IMG/VR virus record: IMGVR_UViG_3300023106_000155
Location: 1-54,946 of that record
Strand: one strand, 5' to 3'
DNA length: 54,946 nt
Source: a virus
Lineage: Duplodnaviria; Caudoviricetes
Position numbers and translations under genes: made by a program. The notes beneath the pieces were generated by a model. That model had not been told where the DNA came from. It did no database searches and saw nothing but the letters and a program-made list of their open reading frames with translations. Positions 19,676 through 29,088 of this stretch are shown here, in pieces. Each line of letters begins with the position of its first letter. Position 1 is the stretch's first letter.

Positions 19676-19888
19676 TTATTTTTTAGTTGCTGGTTTTACA
19701 GAATCTCCATCTGCTTTTGATACAGATGTTTTACCGGTCGCTATTTCGTACGCTTTTTTTAATTCGGCTTCTCTTTTGGCTGATGGAATTGCTAAAAAGT
19801 CATGAGTAGAGCCTAACTCAGCTTTAAAGTCTTCGAAAGATTTATTATAATCTTCAGCGAATGTGATTCCTTTGTATACTCTTTCCAT
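19676..19888 (-). CDS. Hypothetical protein in tail module
   Basis: 70-aa ORF coupled (TAATG) to the major tail gene. Confidence 0.7.
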   Translation of the reverse strand: MERVYKGITFAEDYNKSFEDFKAELGSTHDFLAIPSAKREAELKKAYEIATGKTSVSKADGDSVKPATKK

Positions 19889-20763
19889 TATGTGATAGAT
19901 ATTACTAATGGTTCAGGTGATTCCATTTTTAATTCAGCTTGAGAAATCACTCCATTTAATTGTACTGTGAATCCATTTGCAAATCCAGTTCCATTGATCG
20001 TGTAAATTCCATTGGAATCAGCACTTACAAATGTTACCGTCTCAGTTCCACCATCAACATCTTTAACAACTACATTTGCAGCTAACAAAGATTTAATTTT
20101 AGTAGAACCTCCAGCGCATCCAGTTGAAGCTGTAAACTTGATTACAGTTGCAGATGCTGAAACTTGTTTCAAAACGATATCGTAAATACCGTCAATATCA
20201 GATGCTGAAAAACCTGGTCTTAAAACAACACCGTTATTTTCATACTGGTTGAAATCTTTATAAGTCACTTTCACAGGAGTATAAGGCGGTTTATCTGGCA
20301 TCGCATCAACACGCTTTCCGATATCCAATGTCACAAATTGGCCTTTGACTTTTCCAGCTGAATCTCTCCATGCTTTTACTTCTCCATCTTCTGTGATTTC
20401 GAATAATTGGACTTCCTTTTTATTAAAGGTTTTCAATGCCGCATGAGAGCATAACCCTAAATAAGAATTGAAAGTGATTACCTTTTTGCCTTTGGCCGTG
20501 GTATAAGTTTTGTTTCTTCCTTCAAACACTGTATCTTCAGTATTAGCAGATGCTAATTCTTCCACATCGTATAAAGGAAAAAGTTTTTTATCTGCAATAC
20601 CATCATTCCATTTAGAAATATCTTTCGCATCTTCGATGGTATCGAAAGAAAAATCCAATGGAGCAGCAACAGTCTTTACAACTACGCTTTCAAGGCATTG
20701 CTCACTAGCTCCGGTGTTAGCGAAGTTCGTTTCGTCGTTATTACATTCTACATATGGTCCCAT
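19888..20763 (-). CDS. Major tail tube protein with C-terminal Ig-like extension
   Basis: Position; beta-rich 291 aa; C-terminal Thr/Gly-rich beta-sandwich. Confidence 0.65.
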   Translation of the reverse strand: MGPYVECNNDETNFANTGASEQCLESVVVKTVAAPLDFSFDTIEDAKDISKWNDGIADKKLFPLYDVEELASANTEDTVFEGRNKTYTTAKGKKVITFNSYLGLCSHAALKTFNKKEVQLFEITEDGEVKAWRDSAGKVKGQFVTLDIGKRVDAMPDKPPYTPVKVTYKDFNQYENNGVVLRPGFSASDIDGIYDIVLKQVSASATVIKFTASTGCAGGSTKIKSLLAANVVVKDVDGGTETVTFVSADSNGIYTINGTGFANGFTVQLNGVISQAELKMESPEPLVISIT

Positions 20764-20787
20764 ATATATATTTTTATTTATTAATAA

Positions 20788-21318
20788 TTAGCATTTAGAG
20801 TTCAGATAATATGAAATGTCGCCTTCAATGGCAAAAACATGAAAAGGTTGCATATTTACCAGCTTCAAATTTTCTATGTTTATTTTGTTGAATATTTTAG
20901 TGATATCCTTTTCGATTATTGGAACTTTTACGATTCTAGATTTCTTTACAATTCTGATAGCATCTTCTTGAGCATTTAGATCAGCTCTGTTTTCTAATTC
21001 CGGATAAAGCCTTTTAAGATTAATCATAAAAACAATACTGATCGTATTTGTAAACAGAACACCTTCTTTAGTTTTATGCTCGCTATCCTCAATAAAAAAA
21101 ATATTACCGTTGTTCTTATCATTTGTAAAAACATCTTTGTATTCTTTCTTTCCGATATAAGCTTCTAACGTATCTCCTTTTGTTTTTGATGGATTTTTAA
21201 AAACCCTACCGAAAACTTCAATTCCGCTCCATCCAATTTTATCATGAATCATATTTTGAATCATGTTTATTTTGGCATCTATTCCTTTGGGATTTTCAAT
21301 TAAATGATTCATTACCAA
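20788..21318 (-). CDS. Head-tail joining / tail terminator protein
   Basis: Synteny between adaptor and major tail gene. Confidence 0.5.
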   Translation of the reverse strand: MVMNHLIENPKGIDAKINMIQNMIHDKIGWSGIEVFGRVFKNPSKTKGDTLEAYIGKKEYKDVFTNDKNNGNIFFIEDSEHKTKEGVLFTNTISIVFMINLKRLYPELENRADLNAQEDAIRIVKKSRIVKVPIIEKDITKIFNKINIENLKLVNMQPFHVFAIEGDISYYLNSKC

Positions 21319-21887
21319 AAATTAGGTGATTTGATTACAACTGGATCTGGGAAAAAATACTCAACAGCGTTTTTAATTGAATTATCCCTAAACCATTTCA
21401 ACCCTCTAGCAACAGTATGTCCGTTTTCATTTTTATAGCCTTCAAGTTCAAGCTTTAAATTATTCACTGCCATTTTAGTATTTCTTTCTTCAATGTTTGA
21501 TCTACTAGTAGAAATAAACATTTCAATTACTGAACATGCTAAAGTATAGCCGATGGCTTCATCGAATATTGAAATTCTGTTTGTTATCTTATCTGAATAA
21601 TCAGATAATTCTAAATAATCCTTTGATTGGCTAAAAACACTAGACAATACATAAAGCACAGACTGTTTTCTTAATTTTCTTAATTCCAAATTGAACTCTT
21701 CATCATCAGCATCCTCATTATCCATAGATGAATAAACATTTGAAGGAACTGCAAGCTTATGAAACCGACTAAATTTAATCTCAGAAATGCCTGTTAAGTT
21801 ATAATCATCAACTGTCAGAGAATCGCTTGAGATATTGTCCCAAGCGATTCTTTTTTCCAACAGTTCTATGACCTCTTCACTGTACAT
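21312..21887 (-). CDS. Head-tail adaptor protein
   Basis: Helical protein two genes after the capsid. Confidence 0.5.
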   Translation of the reverse strand: MYSEEVIELLEKRIAWDNISSDSLTVDDYNLTGISEIKFSRFHKLAVPSNVYSSMDNEDADDEEFNLELRKLRKQSVLYVLSSVFSQSKDYLELSDYSDKITNRISIFDEAIGYTLACSVIEMFISTSRSNIEERNTKMAVNNLKLELEGYKNENGHTVARGLKWFRDNSIKNAVEYFFPDPVVIKSPNFW

Positions 21888-21889
21888 GT

Positions 21890-22369
21890 TTAAATTTCTT
21901 TAATAAGTTTTCGTTCCAATAGAGAGTTAATTCTATCTTCATCAAAGTGACTTACGGAATCCCCAACAGCATATGTTTCGGCAACATAACCATTTGGCAC
22001 ATACTGTTTAGAGTCTTTAAAAGACTTAACAACTAAATAGGATTTAAATTCCTTTGGGTTTTTATCCTGCTGTGACTTTTCCTTCTTCTCAGGTTTAGTT
22101 ACTTTTTCCTGTTTAGGTTTGGTATCCTGATTAGGTTTTTCTGATGAAGTATCTTTTTTTTCGCCTTCATTTTTGCCACTTTCAGATGGAATTTCTTCTG
22201 CTGAATTTTCTACTTCAGCAGAATCTAGAGTTACTTCTTCAGTTTCAACTGTTTCAGATGATTCTCTAGATTGAATTTTTAAAAATTCCTCTTCGGTACC
22301 TGTGAATCCACCAGCAATAGCTAATTGATATTCAGGATTTACATTAGAATTTGCATCATTCTTTGCCAT
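21890..22369 (-). CDS. Capsid-adjacent protein with YQLA..GFTGTEEEFL motif, acidic linker and compact C-terminal domain
   Basis: 159-aa ORF; contains a copy of the 29-bp capsid-end repeat. Confidence 0.7.
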   Translation of the reverse strand: MAKNDANSNVNPEYQLAIAGGFTGTEEEFLKIQSRESSETVETEEVTLDSAEVENSAEEIPSESGKNEGEKKDTSSEKPNQDTKPKQEKVTKPEKKEKSQQDKNPKEFKSYLVVKSFKDSKQYVPNGYVAETYAVGDSVSHFDEDRINSLLERKLIKEI

Positions 22370-22398
22370 TTCCTTTGGGTTTTTATCCTGCTGTGACT
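22049..22398. repeat. Exact 29-bp direct repeat TTCCTTTGGGTTTTTATCCTGCTGTGACT at 22049..22077 and 22370..22398
   Basis: Direct base-by-base comparison; copies start 321 bp apart. Confidence 0.9.
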
Positions 22399-23465
22399 GT
22401 TGAGTCTAACAGATAGATTGATTGAACATTGTGAATTACAGGAACAACTCTAGCTTGAGAAGTTGTATGCTCCGATAATGAAGGCTTATTCTGGCGATAT
22501 TTTGAAACTAGAATATATCCATCTGCAACTTGGTATTGAACTCCATCAACTGGGTGATTTTGTTCTGCCAAACGAGCATAAACTAACTTACCGACATCAG
22601 TTGTATTTAAGAAAACAACCTGACCAGTGGCCCAGGGTTTTACTGAAGTTTGAATTCCGTTTTTCTCGTATCTGATTGTACGGTCAACAATTTCGAAAAC
22701 AAAACCGTATCTGTCCTTAACTGCTGTGTTTAACTGACTAAAAGTTGGAATTGGGACATTATTCCCAATAATTTGAAGTCCAGAAGCATAAATATCTTTA
22801 GCTTCTTGTGTTTTTGAAATAGCATTCCAAGTCGCTCTGTCAAGCATTACTACAACTGTAGGATAACCATCAGCAGATGCTTTATCCAACAAAGGTTGCA
22901 TGTCAGTAAATGGAGTTGAAGCAGGATCTGTCCAAGCTGTTTCAGATTCAAATTTATTTGCAGGAAGATAGCCGTAATCAACTCTCACATCTGCTCCTAC
23001 ATTCTCATCGTCAAGTACTAAGGCTAAACCAGTTGAAAGTCCTTCCAAGAAAATCGCTTCATTTCGTTCGTAAACACCACCGATAGATTTACCTGTATCT
23101 TCGAAAAGTTTTTCCAATATCTGAGCATCAGTTCCATTCATTGCTACTAATGTATCAAGATCTGTAAGCTGTTTTTCATTAAGCTTGAATTCCATTCCCA
23201 TTTTAGGAATATCACCAGACGCTTTTCCAACGCTAGCTCTTTTTTTCAAAGGAAGGCTTGAGTCCATAGAAACGATATCGGCTGCAACTAATGCACCATT
23301 TACGTTTAATGATTCCCATTTACCATCAAGAGAAAAAGCAGGCTTCAACATCTTTTTAAAGAGATATGTCGGCTGTCTGTTTTCTCCGTTTAACGTTTCA
23401 GTAATACTAACCGTAATCGCAGGAAAGTATTTCTTTACCCATTCAATAAATAATGACTGTTCCAT
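22383..23465 (-). CDS. Major capsid protein (lambda gpE-like family)
   Basis: 360 aa after scaffold and decoration genes; AADIVSMDS.LP, GDIPK, VDYG motifs. Confidence 0.85.
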   Translation of the reverse strand: MEQSLFIEWVKKYFPAITVSITETLNGENRQPTYLFKKMLKPAFSLDGKWESLNVNGALVAADIVSMDSSLPLKKRASVGKASGDIPKMGMEFKLNEKQLTDLDTLVAMNGTDAQILEKLFEDTGKSIGGVYERNEAIFLEGLSTGLALVLDDENVGADVRVDYGYLPANKFESETAWTDPASTPFTDMQPLLDKASADGYPTVVVMLDRATWNAISKTQEAKDIYASGLQIIGNNVPIPTFSQLNTAVKDRYGFVFEIVDRTIRYEKNGIQTSVKPWATGQVVFLNTTDVGKLVYARLAEQNHPVDGVQYQVADGYILVSKYRQNKPSLSEHTTSQARVVPVIHNVQSIYLLDSTVTAG

Positions 23466-23466
23466 A

Positions 23467-23865
23467 TTAGTCTGCTCTTTGGTCGATTAATGGCAATGCA
23501 GTTTTAACAGCTGCGGCAATTGTCGCAAAGTCAAAAGGTGCTGCCACCGGGTTAATAGTTCCTCTCACCATAATACCGGCGAAGGCTTTAGATGTTTCAA
23601 TCGTAGCGATCAGGATACCTGCATAAGTATGTCCTGCTGGCAAAGCTGCATAAGCAGTAGCTCCAGCATTAATTGGCATAGGCTTATGATCACCTGTCGC
23701 TGTTTCTTTAATAATTACATGGCCAGCTTCGATAACTTTCGGAGTAAAGCCAGTAACATTTAAAGATCTGCCGCCTCTGATAGATTGAAAATTATCTACA
23801 ATGACAATGGAGTCTCTTCCTGTGCCAATGTTCTGAGGCGTGTTATTCAAATTGACTGTTGCCAT
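23467..23865 (-). CDS. Head decoration protein
   Basis: 132 aa, VIEAGHVI motif, between scaffold and capsid. Confidence 0.7.
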   Translation of the reverse strand: MATVNLNNTPQNIGTGRDSIVIVDNFQSIRGGRSLNVTGFTPKVIEAGHVIIKETATGDHKPMPINAGATAYAALPAGHTYAGILIATIETSKAFAGIMVRGTINPVAAPFDFATIAAAVKTALPLIDQRAD

Positions 23866-23882
23866 AATTTGATTTTTATTTG

Positions 23883-24506
23883 TTAAACAATATTTTTAAC
23901 CACTTGATCTACAACATCCTTAGAAGCATCTCCTTTTGAAACTGTAGCCGGTGGCACGCCTCTAAAGTCTTTATTATCTATTGATGTCTGGAACATGTCA
24001 GTAAATTCTGTTTCCAACTCCTTAACCTGATCTTCAATTGAAACTTCTGATTCTAACTTGATTCGATCAAACCATCTCTCTTTATGTTCTGGTTTGATTG
24101 CTTTTAAGACATCTGATTTTTCAAAAACTGATTTTGCTTGCTGGGTTTTGCTTTCAATTGCTTTTCCAGATTCTAAATCAGCAATTTTTTTAAAAAGTCC
24201 TTTTGCCCATTCTGGAGCATCATCTTCAGGCTTAGTTTCTGGTTCTTCTTCGGTCTTAGCTGGTTCCGATTTGGCTTTTGCTTTTGCTTCAAGTCCACGA
24301 ACTCTATCATCTTCTTTAGCGATAGATTCGAAGCCTATAAGTTCATTAGCGTCTTTGATAATTAAATCAACCGCATCGTCATCTGCATCATCCGCAGGCT
24401 TTGTTGAAAGTTTAGCCGTATATTCGTCTATCCTTGCTTTTGATAGGTTCGCCTTAGGAAATAAGACCTTAAGTCGTTCCGCTATCTTTTCTTTTGTAAC
24501 TGCCAT
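23883..24506 (-). CDS. Capsid scaffolding protein
   Basis: Charged helical protein with PEWAK motif upstream of the capsid genes. Confidence 0.7.
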   Translation of the reverse strand: MAVTKEKIAERLKVLFPKANLSKARIDEYTAKLSTKPADDADDDAVDLIIKDANELIGFESIAKEDDRVRGLEAKAKAKSEPAKTEEEPETKPEDDAPEWAKGLFKKIADLESGKAIESKTQQAKSVFEKSDVLKAIKPEHKERWFDRIKLESEVSIEDQVKELETEFTDMFQTSIDNKDFRGVPPATVSKGDASKDVVDQVVKNIV

Positions 24507-24540
24507 TTTCTTTCGATTGTGTGATTAATAATTTAAAAGA

Positions 24541-24590
24541 CAAATGTAAATAAAAAATCCTTATTTAGAATCATTCTAAATAAGGATTTT
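24541..24590 (-). promoter_or_regulatory. Head-operon promoter (-7 TACATTTG) with Fur-box-like palindrome ATTTAGAATCATTCTAAAT, inside a longer palindrome that may also terminate portal transcripts
   Basis: -7 at 24541..24548, box at 24563..24581; arms extend to AAAAATCCTT/AAGGATTTTT. Confidence 0.7.
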
Positions 24591-24612
24591 TATAATTGAT
24601 TAATTTAATTGA

Positions 24613-26019
24613 TTATTCTATTGGTTTTGTAACTTCAACATCTCCAATTCGTTCAATTTCCAAATCTGAATCATCTGTCAAGTCAAGAATATCAACTGCA
24701 GCTTCTTTAGATATAATTTTTGCATTTACTCCAGATGCTAAAGTTTCAACTGTAGTTTTCAAATCATCAGGAAGGATTGAATTAAATTGAATTGAAAAAA
24801 GCAGATCAGATATATCTTTTTTATATTTAATAGCAGTTGTGTTTATGGTTCCGCTGGTCAAAATATTAAGCATTCTCTCAATAATAGTTCTATTTTCACC
24901 TTCATTCAATTTTGCTTTCAAAATTGCATCAAGAAACATCAGCTTCAAAGCAACTCCAGAAACGTTTCCTAAACCTTTTAGGTTATCAAAAGATAAATTA
25001 GGTGTTTGACTTAATGAATAAATAAAATCTTCCAATTTATCTAATTCTAATTTAGAACTTTCCGGCGCATTTGAATTAATTAAATATTCTGCATCACCAT
25101 GGACAACTCCACCTTGGCCATCTCTCTTTTCCTTCATTGGAAAGTGCAAAGCTTTTCCATCATCTTCAGGATCAGGGGCTGAAAGTATTTCACCATACAA
25201 TTTAATTATAGGATGAGCAGTTCTGTCATTTGAACCTCCTAATTTAGACATTGAAACTTCTAATCTATCAATCATGCTTTGAACACCCCACCATTCCGGA
25301 TAATCTTGTGACATATAAACAACTGGAATTCTATCAAAACCATGATCATCTATAGTATCAAGTCCCATAATATTATTTTGATCAGACATCTTATAAATTT
25401 TAGTACTGTCATAAATCCATATATGATTCACCGTTTTTGCAACCCCTTTTTCAGCGAATTCCCACATGAAAAGTATCATATCTCCCATTGAATCGAAATA
25501 AGGATAAAATTTCCCTTTTGATTGTTCAAGTACTCGCGATTTAATTTCTTTATTTTTATTCACTCCAAGCAATCTATTAATTAGCGTGTTCGGTTTTAGA
25601 TTATTTATATAAAAAAGGATCGCGGATTCGGTTTCGCTTTTCTGGGTTTCTTTTAGTGCCTGCAGTTTGCTGTCAAGCCTGTTTGTTTTCCATAATCTAA
25701 GAACTTCATCAGATAAATCGTCTTTTTTAACTGCAGATATTGTAACGGGTTCTCCAACCTCAAAGCCTGTTGATACTGTTACAATTCTATTCTGAAATGG
25801 AACTTGTATTCTTATTGCACGAACTAATTTATAAGATTCACCTTCACCAATAGGCTTGTCTTTTTGTATTTTCCCAATTTGAGAATCTCTTGACTTTCTG
25901 TCAAGATTCTTATATTCATTTCTCAATTTGTCAATTTCTCCCTTATCCTTCGAAGTGGTTTTGATGAATTCAATCGCTTTTTTAGTATCCGTTTTTAGTA
26001 ATTCGATTATATCTTCCAT
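24613..26019 (-). CDS. Portal protein (SPP1 gp6-like)
   Basis: HGFDRIPVVY, SQTPNLSF, GNVSGVALK motifs; follows terL. Confidence 0.92.
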   Translation of the reverse strand: MEDIIELLKTDTKKAIEFIKTTSKDKGEIDKLRNEYKNLDRKSRDSQIGKIQKDKPIGEGESYKLVRAIRIQVPFQNRIVTVSTGFEVGEPVTISAVKKDDLSDEVLRLWKTNRLDSKLQALKETQKSETESAILFYINNLKPNTLINRLLGVNKNKEIKSRVLEQSKGKFYPYFDSMGDMILFMWEFAEKGVAKTVNHIWIYDSTKIYKMSDQNNIMGLDTIDDHGFDRIPVVYMSQDYPEWWGVQSMIDRLEVSMSKLGGSNDRTAHPIIKLYGEILSAPDPEDDGKALHFPMKEKRDGQGGVVHGDAEYLINSNAPESSKLELDKLEDFIYSLSQTPNLSFDNLKGLGNVSGVALKLMFLDAILKAKLNEGENRTIIERMLNILTSGTINTTAIKYKKDISDLLFSIQFNSILPDDLKTTVETLASGVNAKIISKEAAVDILDLTDDSDLEIERIGDVEVTKPIE

Positions 26020-26029
26020 AGTAAAATAG

Positions 26030-27499
26030 TTAAAAGTTTATACCCAATTTTGTTAATGATTTTTCAGTTTTATAAATGAGCTCAGGATTATTGTGAGCAA
26101 TATGACCATATCGTGCACTATCCCAAATGTGATTCCATTTATCAATTGGCTGGTTAATAGCAATTCCATTTATCTCTTTCATTTTATAATTCTGTTGTTC
26201 TTTCAGAGCTTGCTTGTATAGATGATTTTTCACAATATGAATCTTCTTTTTTTTCATTGAGGTAAGCCAGAACATCACAGATTTAGTTTTGCTGATTTTG
26301 TAAGCATTTACCCAACCCAGTTCATTTAATCCCCTTACCATTTCAACAGTTCCCTTATTCTCACCAGTATATTTATCTGCAGAATCACATGGAATTATGT
26401 CGTATTTTTTATCTAGGCCTAAAGTTTCGAATAAAAGAGAAAGATCTTCTGGATTTTCAATAGGTTCATAGCATAAGGGCTCAATCCAAATGTTGTAATC
26501 ATCTTCTGCGTATTTTGTTAGAGTATTAGGATCAACAGTAAATCCGAAATCATTCGGATAAATAGCTGCTTTATCTTGAGGAAAGCTGTCAATCCATTCA
26601 ACGATTGGAAAAATAATTCCTTTCATTGCTCCTCTCAGGCCTAAGCCGTAAATCTTCCAGTAGCTTTCATCAGCCGTCCCATTTTTTACATTTTCCGGAT
26701 GCGGAGGTGGCTGATTGGTAGGACTTATCTGCTCAACTTTTTGTGTGCGCTTATTATAGCACATCACAACATTGTTTTTAACGATATAAGAACCTGGAAG
26801 CCACGGCTCGGTTATTAATATTTCATTTCTTTCTTGAACCGATATGTGCTTATTGTCATGAAAAGTTGTGCGAAGAAAAGCTACATCTGGACGCGTTAGC
26901 ACGCTGTCAAAAAACCAGTGTTCAGTTACACTTGGGTTATAATCGGCCCACCAGAACTTACGGCAACGCATTTTAACTTGATCGAAAACAGACTTTTTTA
27001 TGAACATCACCTCGTTAAAGAAAGCATAATCACAACCTCCCCCATGCTTACCATCTCCAAGGAAAACTATTTTACTTTTACCAATCTTAAAGCTTTTAAT
27101 CTCATCATTATCCTTGAATTTATTTGGCAAACCAAAATCATCAAGTCGCCGTTTAAAATCATCGTAAAGTGTAGTTTTGAATTCGTTGTAAGTTTCTCTG
27201 TAAATATTTATTGTACAACCATTGACCTCAACAAAAAGGCAAAGCCAGATAATAATATCGATACCGCTCCAAGTTTTTCCAGATCTTGAAGAACCTTCAA
27301 GCCCTGCTCCACGAAATCCAGAAACCAATTCTAACTTGCCATCGACTAGTGCATATTTTTGTTCTTTTATGGAGTTGTAAAGAAGTTTATAATTTAGATT
27401 AGTATCTTCATCGATGATTTGAAGCTTCTTTTGAGCCATATCGATTTCCCTTTCTTTCAAAAGGTTTTCGAGTTCAGTCATTTCAGCATCTGTCAACAT
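26030..27499 (-). CDS. terL: Terminase large subunit (PBSX-like)
   Basis: Walker A GSSRSGKT, FFNE, DYNP, DFGF, C-terminal D..NH..DSARY. Confidence 0.93.
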   Translation of the reverse strand: MLTDAEMTELENLLKEREIDMAQKKLQIIDEDTNLNYKLLYNSIKEQKYALVDGKLELVSGFRGAGLEGSSRSGKTWSGIDIIIWLCLFVEVNGCTINIYRETYNEFKTTLYDDFKRRLDDFGLPNKFKDNDEIKSFKIGKSKIVFLGDGKHGGGCDYAFFNEVMFIKKSVFDQVKMRCRKFWWADYNPSVTEHWFFDSVLTRPDVAFLRTTFHDNKHISVQERNEILITEPWLPGSYIVKNNVVMCYNKRTQKVEQISPTNQPPPHPENVKNGTADESYWKIYGLGLRGAMKGIIFPIVEWIDSFPQDKAAIYPNDFGFTVDPNTLTKYAEDDYNIWIEPLCYEPIENPEDLSLLFETLGLDKKYDIIPCDSADKYTGENKGTVEMVRGLNELGWVNAYKISKTKSVMFWLTSMKKKKIHIVKNHLYKQALKEQQNYKMKEINGIAINQPIDKWNHIWDSARYGHIAHNNPELIYKTEKSLTKLGINF

Positions 27500-27506
27500 A
27501 AGCGAA

Positions 27507-27632
27507 TCAATCTCCTAATTTTAATCTCAATTCTTTTATTCTATCATTCAAAACCTCATCATTTGAACCACACAGAAGAAGTTCCTGTCTTTTTTCCAAG
27601 GCCTTTTCAAGCTCAATTTTCAATTCGTCCAT
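27507..27632 (-). CDS. 41-aa helical peptide MDELKIELEKALEKRQELLLCGSNDEVLNDRIKELRLKLGD (below ORF-track cutoff)
   Basis: Manual translation; fills the gap between upstream ORF and terL. Confidence 0.55.
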   Translation of the reverse strand: MDELKIELEKALEKRQELLLCGSNDEVLNDRIKELRLKLGD

Positions 27633-27635
27633 TTG

Positions 27636-27839
27636 TCATTTACATCTTGCACATCCGATTTCAAAAACATCACCCCCTTTTAATTCAATATTGAAATTAT
27701 CGCCTTGAGTATTTTCGGCGAAATCAAGCATTGCATAACCGATTAACTCCGCGTCAACGGATTCAACTCCACCGACATATATTCTTCCGTCTTTTATTTC
27801 AAGGTCCATACTTCCAGCATTATTTAAAACTGCATCCAT
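27636..27839 (-). CDS. Hypothetical acidic protein (start likely ATG 27839, MDAVL)
   Basis: A-rich Bacteroidota start context; ORF track extends it to 27917. Confidence 0.6.
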   Translation of the reverse strand: MDAVLNNAGSMDLEIKDGRIYVGGVESVDAELIGYAMLDFAENTQGDNFNIELKGGDVFEIGCARCK

Positions 27840-28099
27840 AAGTTTAAGATTATTGAATTGAAAAGCTGAAGCATAGGTTAATCTGTTTTTTATAATTACT
27901 ATAATGGCGATATTCATAGTAATAACGCTATACGGCCAGATTTTCTAGATTATATTATTTGAGCTATTCAAGCCCAATCCGCTAAATGTATCTATCAAGT
28001 TATGATTTAACGAGGAAGAAATCCAATAACCCCGAGCGGTTCCTTGTGGGGACTTATCCCCTGTTCTCTATTGCTTCAAGTTTTCAATGAATTAGGAAA

Positions 28100-28141
28100 C
28101 AAAGATAACTTTTTTAGTTATTTGATAACTTTTTTAGTTAT
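28100..28141 (-). promoter_or_regulatory. Promoter (-7 TATCTTTG) for the terL block with tandem palindromes ATAACT-T5-AGTTAT
   Basis: Identical boxes at 28105..28121 and 28125..28141. Confidence 0.7.
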
Positions 28142-28164
28142 TATTTTTCATTAGATAAAAGCAT

Positions 28165-28199
28165 AAAAAAACCCCTTAATCTATTTTGATTAAGGGGTT
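28165..28199 (-). terminator. Intrinsic terminator between terS/moron and terL
   Basis: AACCCCTTAATC / GATTAAGGGGTT stem with T tract on - strand. Confidence 0.85.
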
Positions 28200-28220
28200 G
28201 AAATTTTAATTTATTAATTA

Positions 28221-28535
28221 TTAAACCGATTTCGGATTAGTTTTATCATTTAGATAAAAATTAATAAATGTCTTTTGATTAGTTGATGCAGAAGCAAAAC
28301 TGATTTTTCTAGTGAGTTTAGTACCATCATTTTTTATAACAATATAATCGATGTCAGCCTCATATCCATGGGATTCAAAAACGGATACAAGGGTTTCCAA
28401 AGCTTGCGGATTCTCTTGACCTATCTCCACAAATGTTGGATCATTGTTTTCAAATCTATTAAAATTGAATCTGAAGGGATCTTTGATTTTTAAATCATCT
28501 AATTGCGGGTTTGAAAATTTTAATAGATGTTGCAT
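28221..28535 (-). CDS. Hypothetical moron protein (start likely MQHLLK)
   Basis: ORF between terS and terL with its own terminator. Confidence 0.65.
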   Translation of the reverse strand: MQHLLKFSNPQLDDLKIKDPFRFNFNRFENNDPTFVEIGQENPQALETLVSVFESHGYEADIDYIVIKNDGTKLTRKISFASASTNQKTFINFYLNDKTNPKSV

Positions 28536-28626
28536 GTATTTATGTTTTTGATTAGTGATAAATATAATAAAATATACCATTTGCAAAACTTTGCTAAGTA
28601 TATTTTTATATTAATTAAAAACAGTA

Positions 28627-29064
28627 TTATCCAGAAGTAGCTTTCCTGATCAATTCTGCAATTCTTGCTTCGCGCTCATCGGAGTTGGTAACGACAATTG
28701 GCGCGTCTGGATCTCCTTTAATGACATGTGTTTTATCTGGAATAATACCTTCAAGTTTGTCGATATGTTTGTCATAAGCCAAAAGTACCCGAAGTCCTTG
28801 AGGAGTTTTTTGATACTTTTCTTCCATCAAAGTCATTCTACGTTTAAGGACATCGACTTTCATATTCCTTTTCTTTTCAATCTCTAACTGTACTCCTTCA
28901 TACCAGAGGTCAAAAGCTTTCTTAAGAAGGTTCTTTGCTTGACGGCGTCCAACGCCATATAAATCAATGATTTCCTTCATAATCAAATAGTCAGCTTTGC
29001 CCTCGATAATCCACTTCTGGATTTCAAAGACGCGTCTTTCAGTTTCTAATTTAGTGGATTTCAT
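28627..29064 (-). CDS. terS: Terminase small subunit
   Basis: N-terminal HTH-like (YGVGRRQAKN), coiled coil, C-terminal GDPDAPI; first gene of late region. Confidence 0.7.
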   Translation of the reverse strand: MKSTKLETERRVFEIQKWIIEGKADYLIMKEIIDLYGVGRRQAKNLLKKAFDLWYEGVQLEIEKKRNMKVDVLKRRMTLMEEKYQKTPQGLRVLLAYDKHIDKLEGIIPDKTHVIKGDPDAPIVVTNSDEREARIAELIRKATSG

Positions 29065-29088
29065 TTTTTATTTGGAATTATAATGAAA

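Noticed and set aside
18552-19888. Programmed -1 frameshift in tail chaperone genes
   Set aside because: No convincing slippery heptamer with an overlapping downstream frame; the genes have separate TAATG-coupled starts
27980-28070. HDV-like/theta or hammerhead ribozyme
   Set aside because: UUCCUCG resembles an HDV L3 loop, but I could not build the nested double pseudoknot or find a CUGANGA/GAAA core
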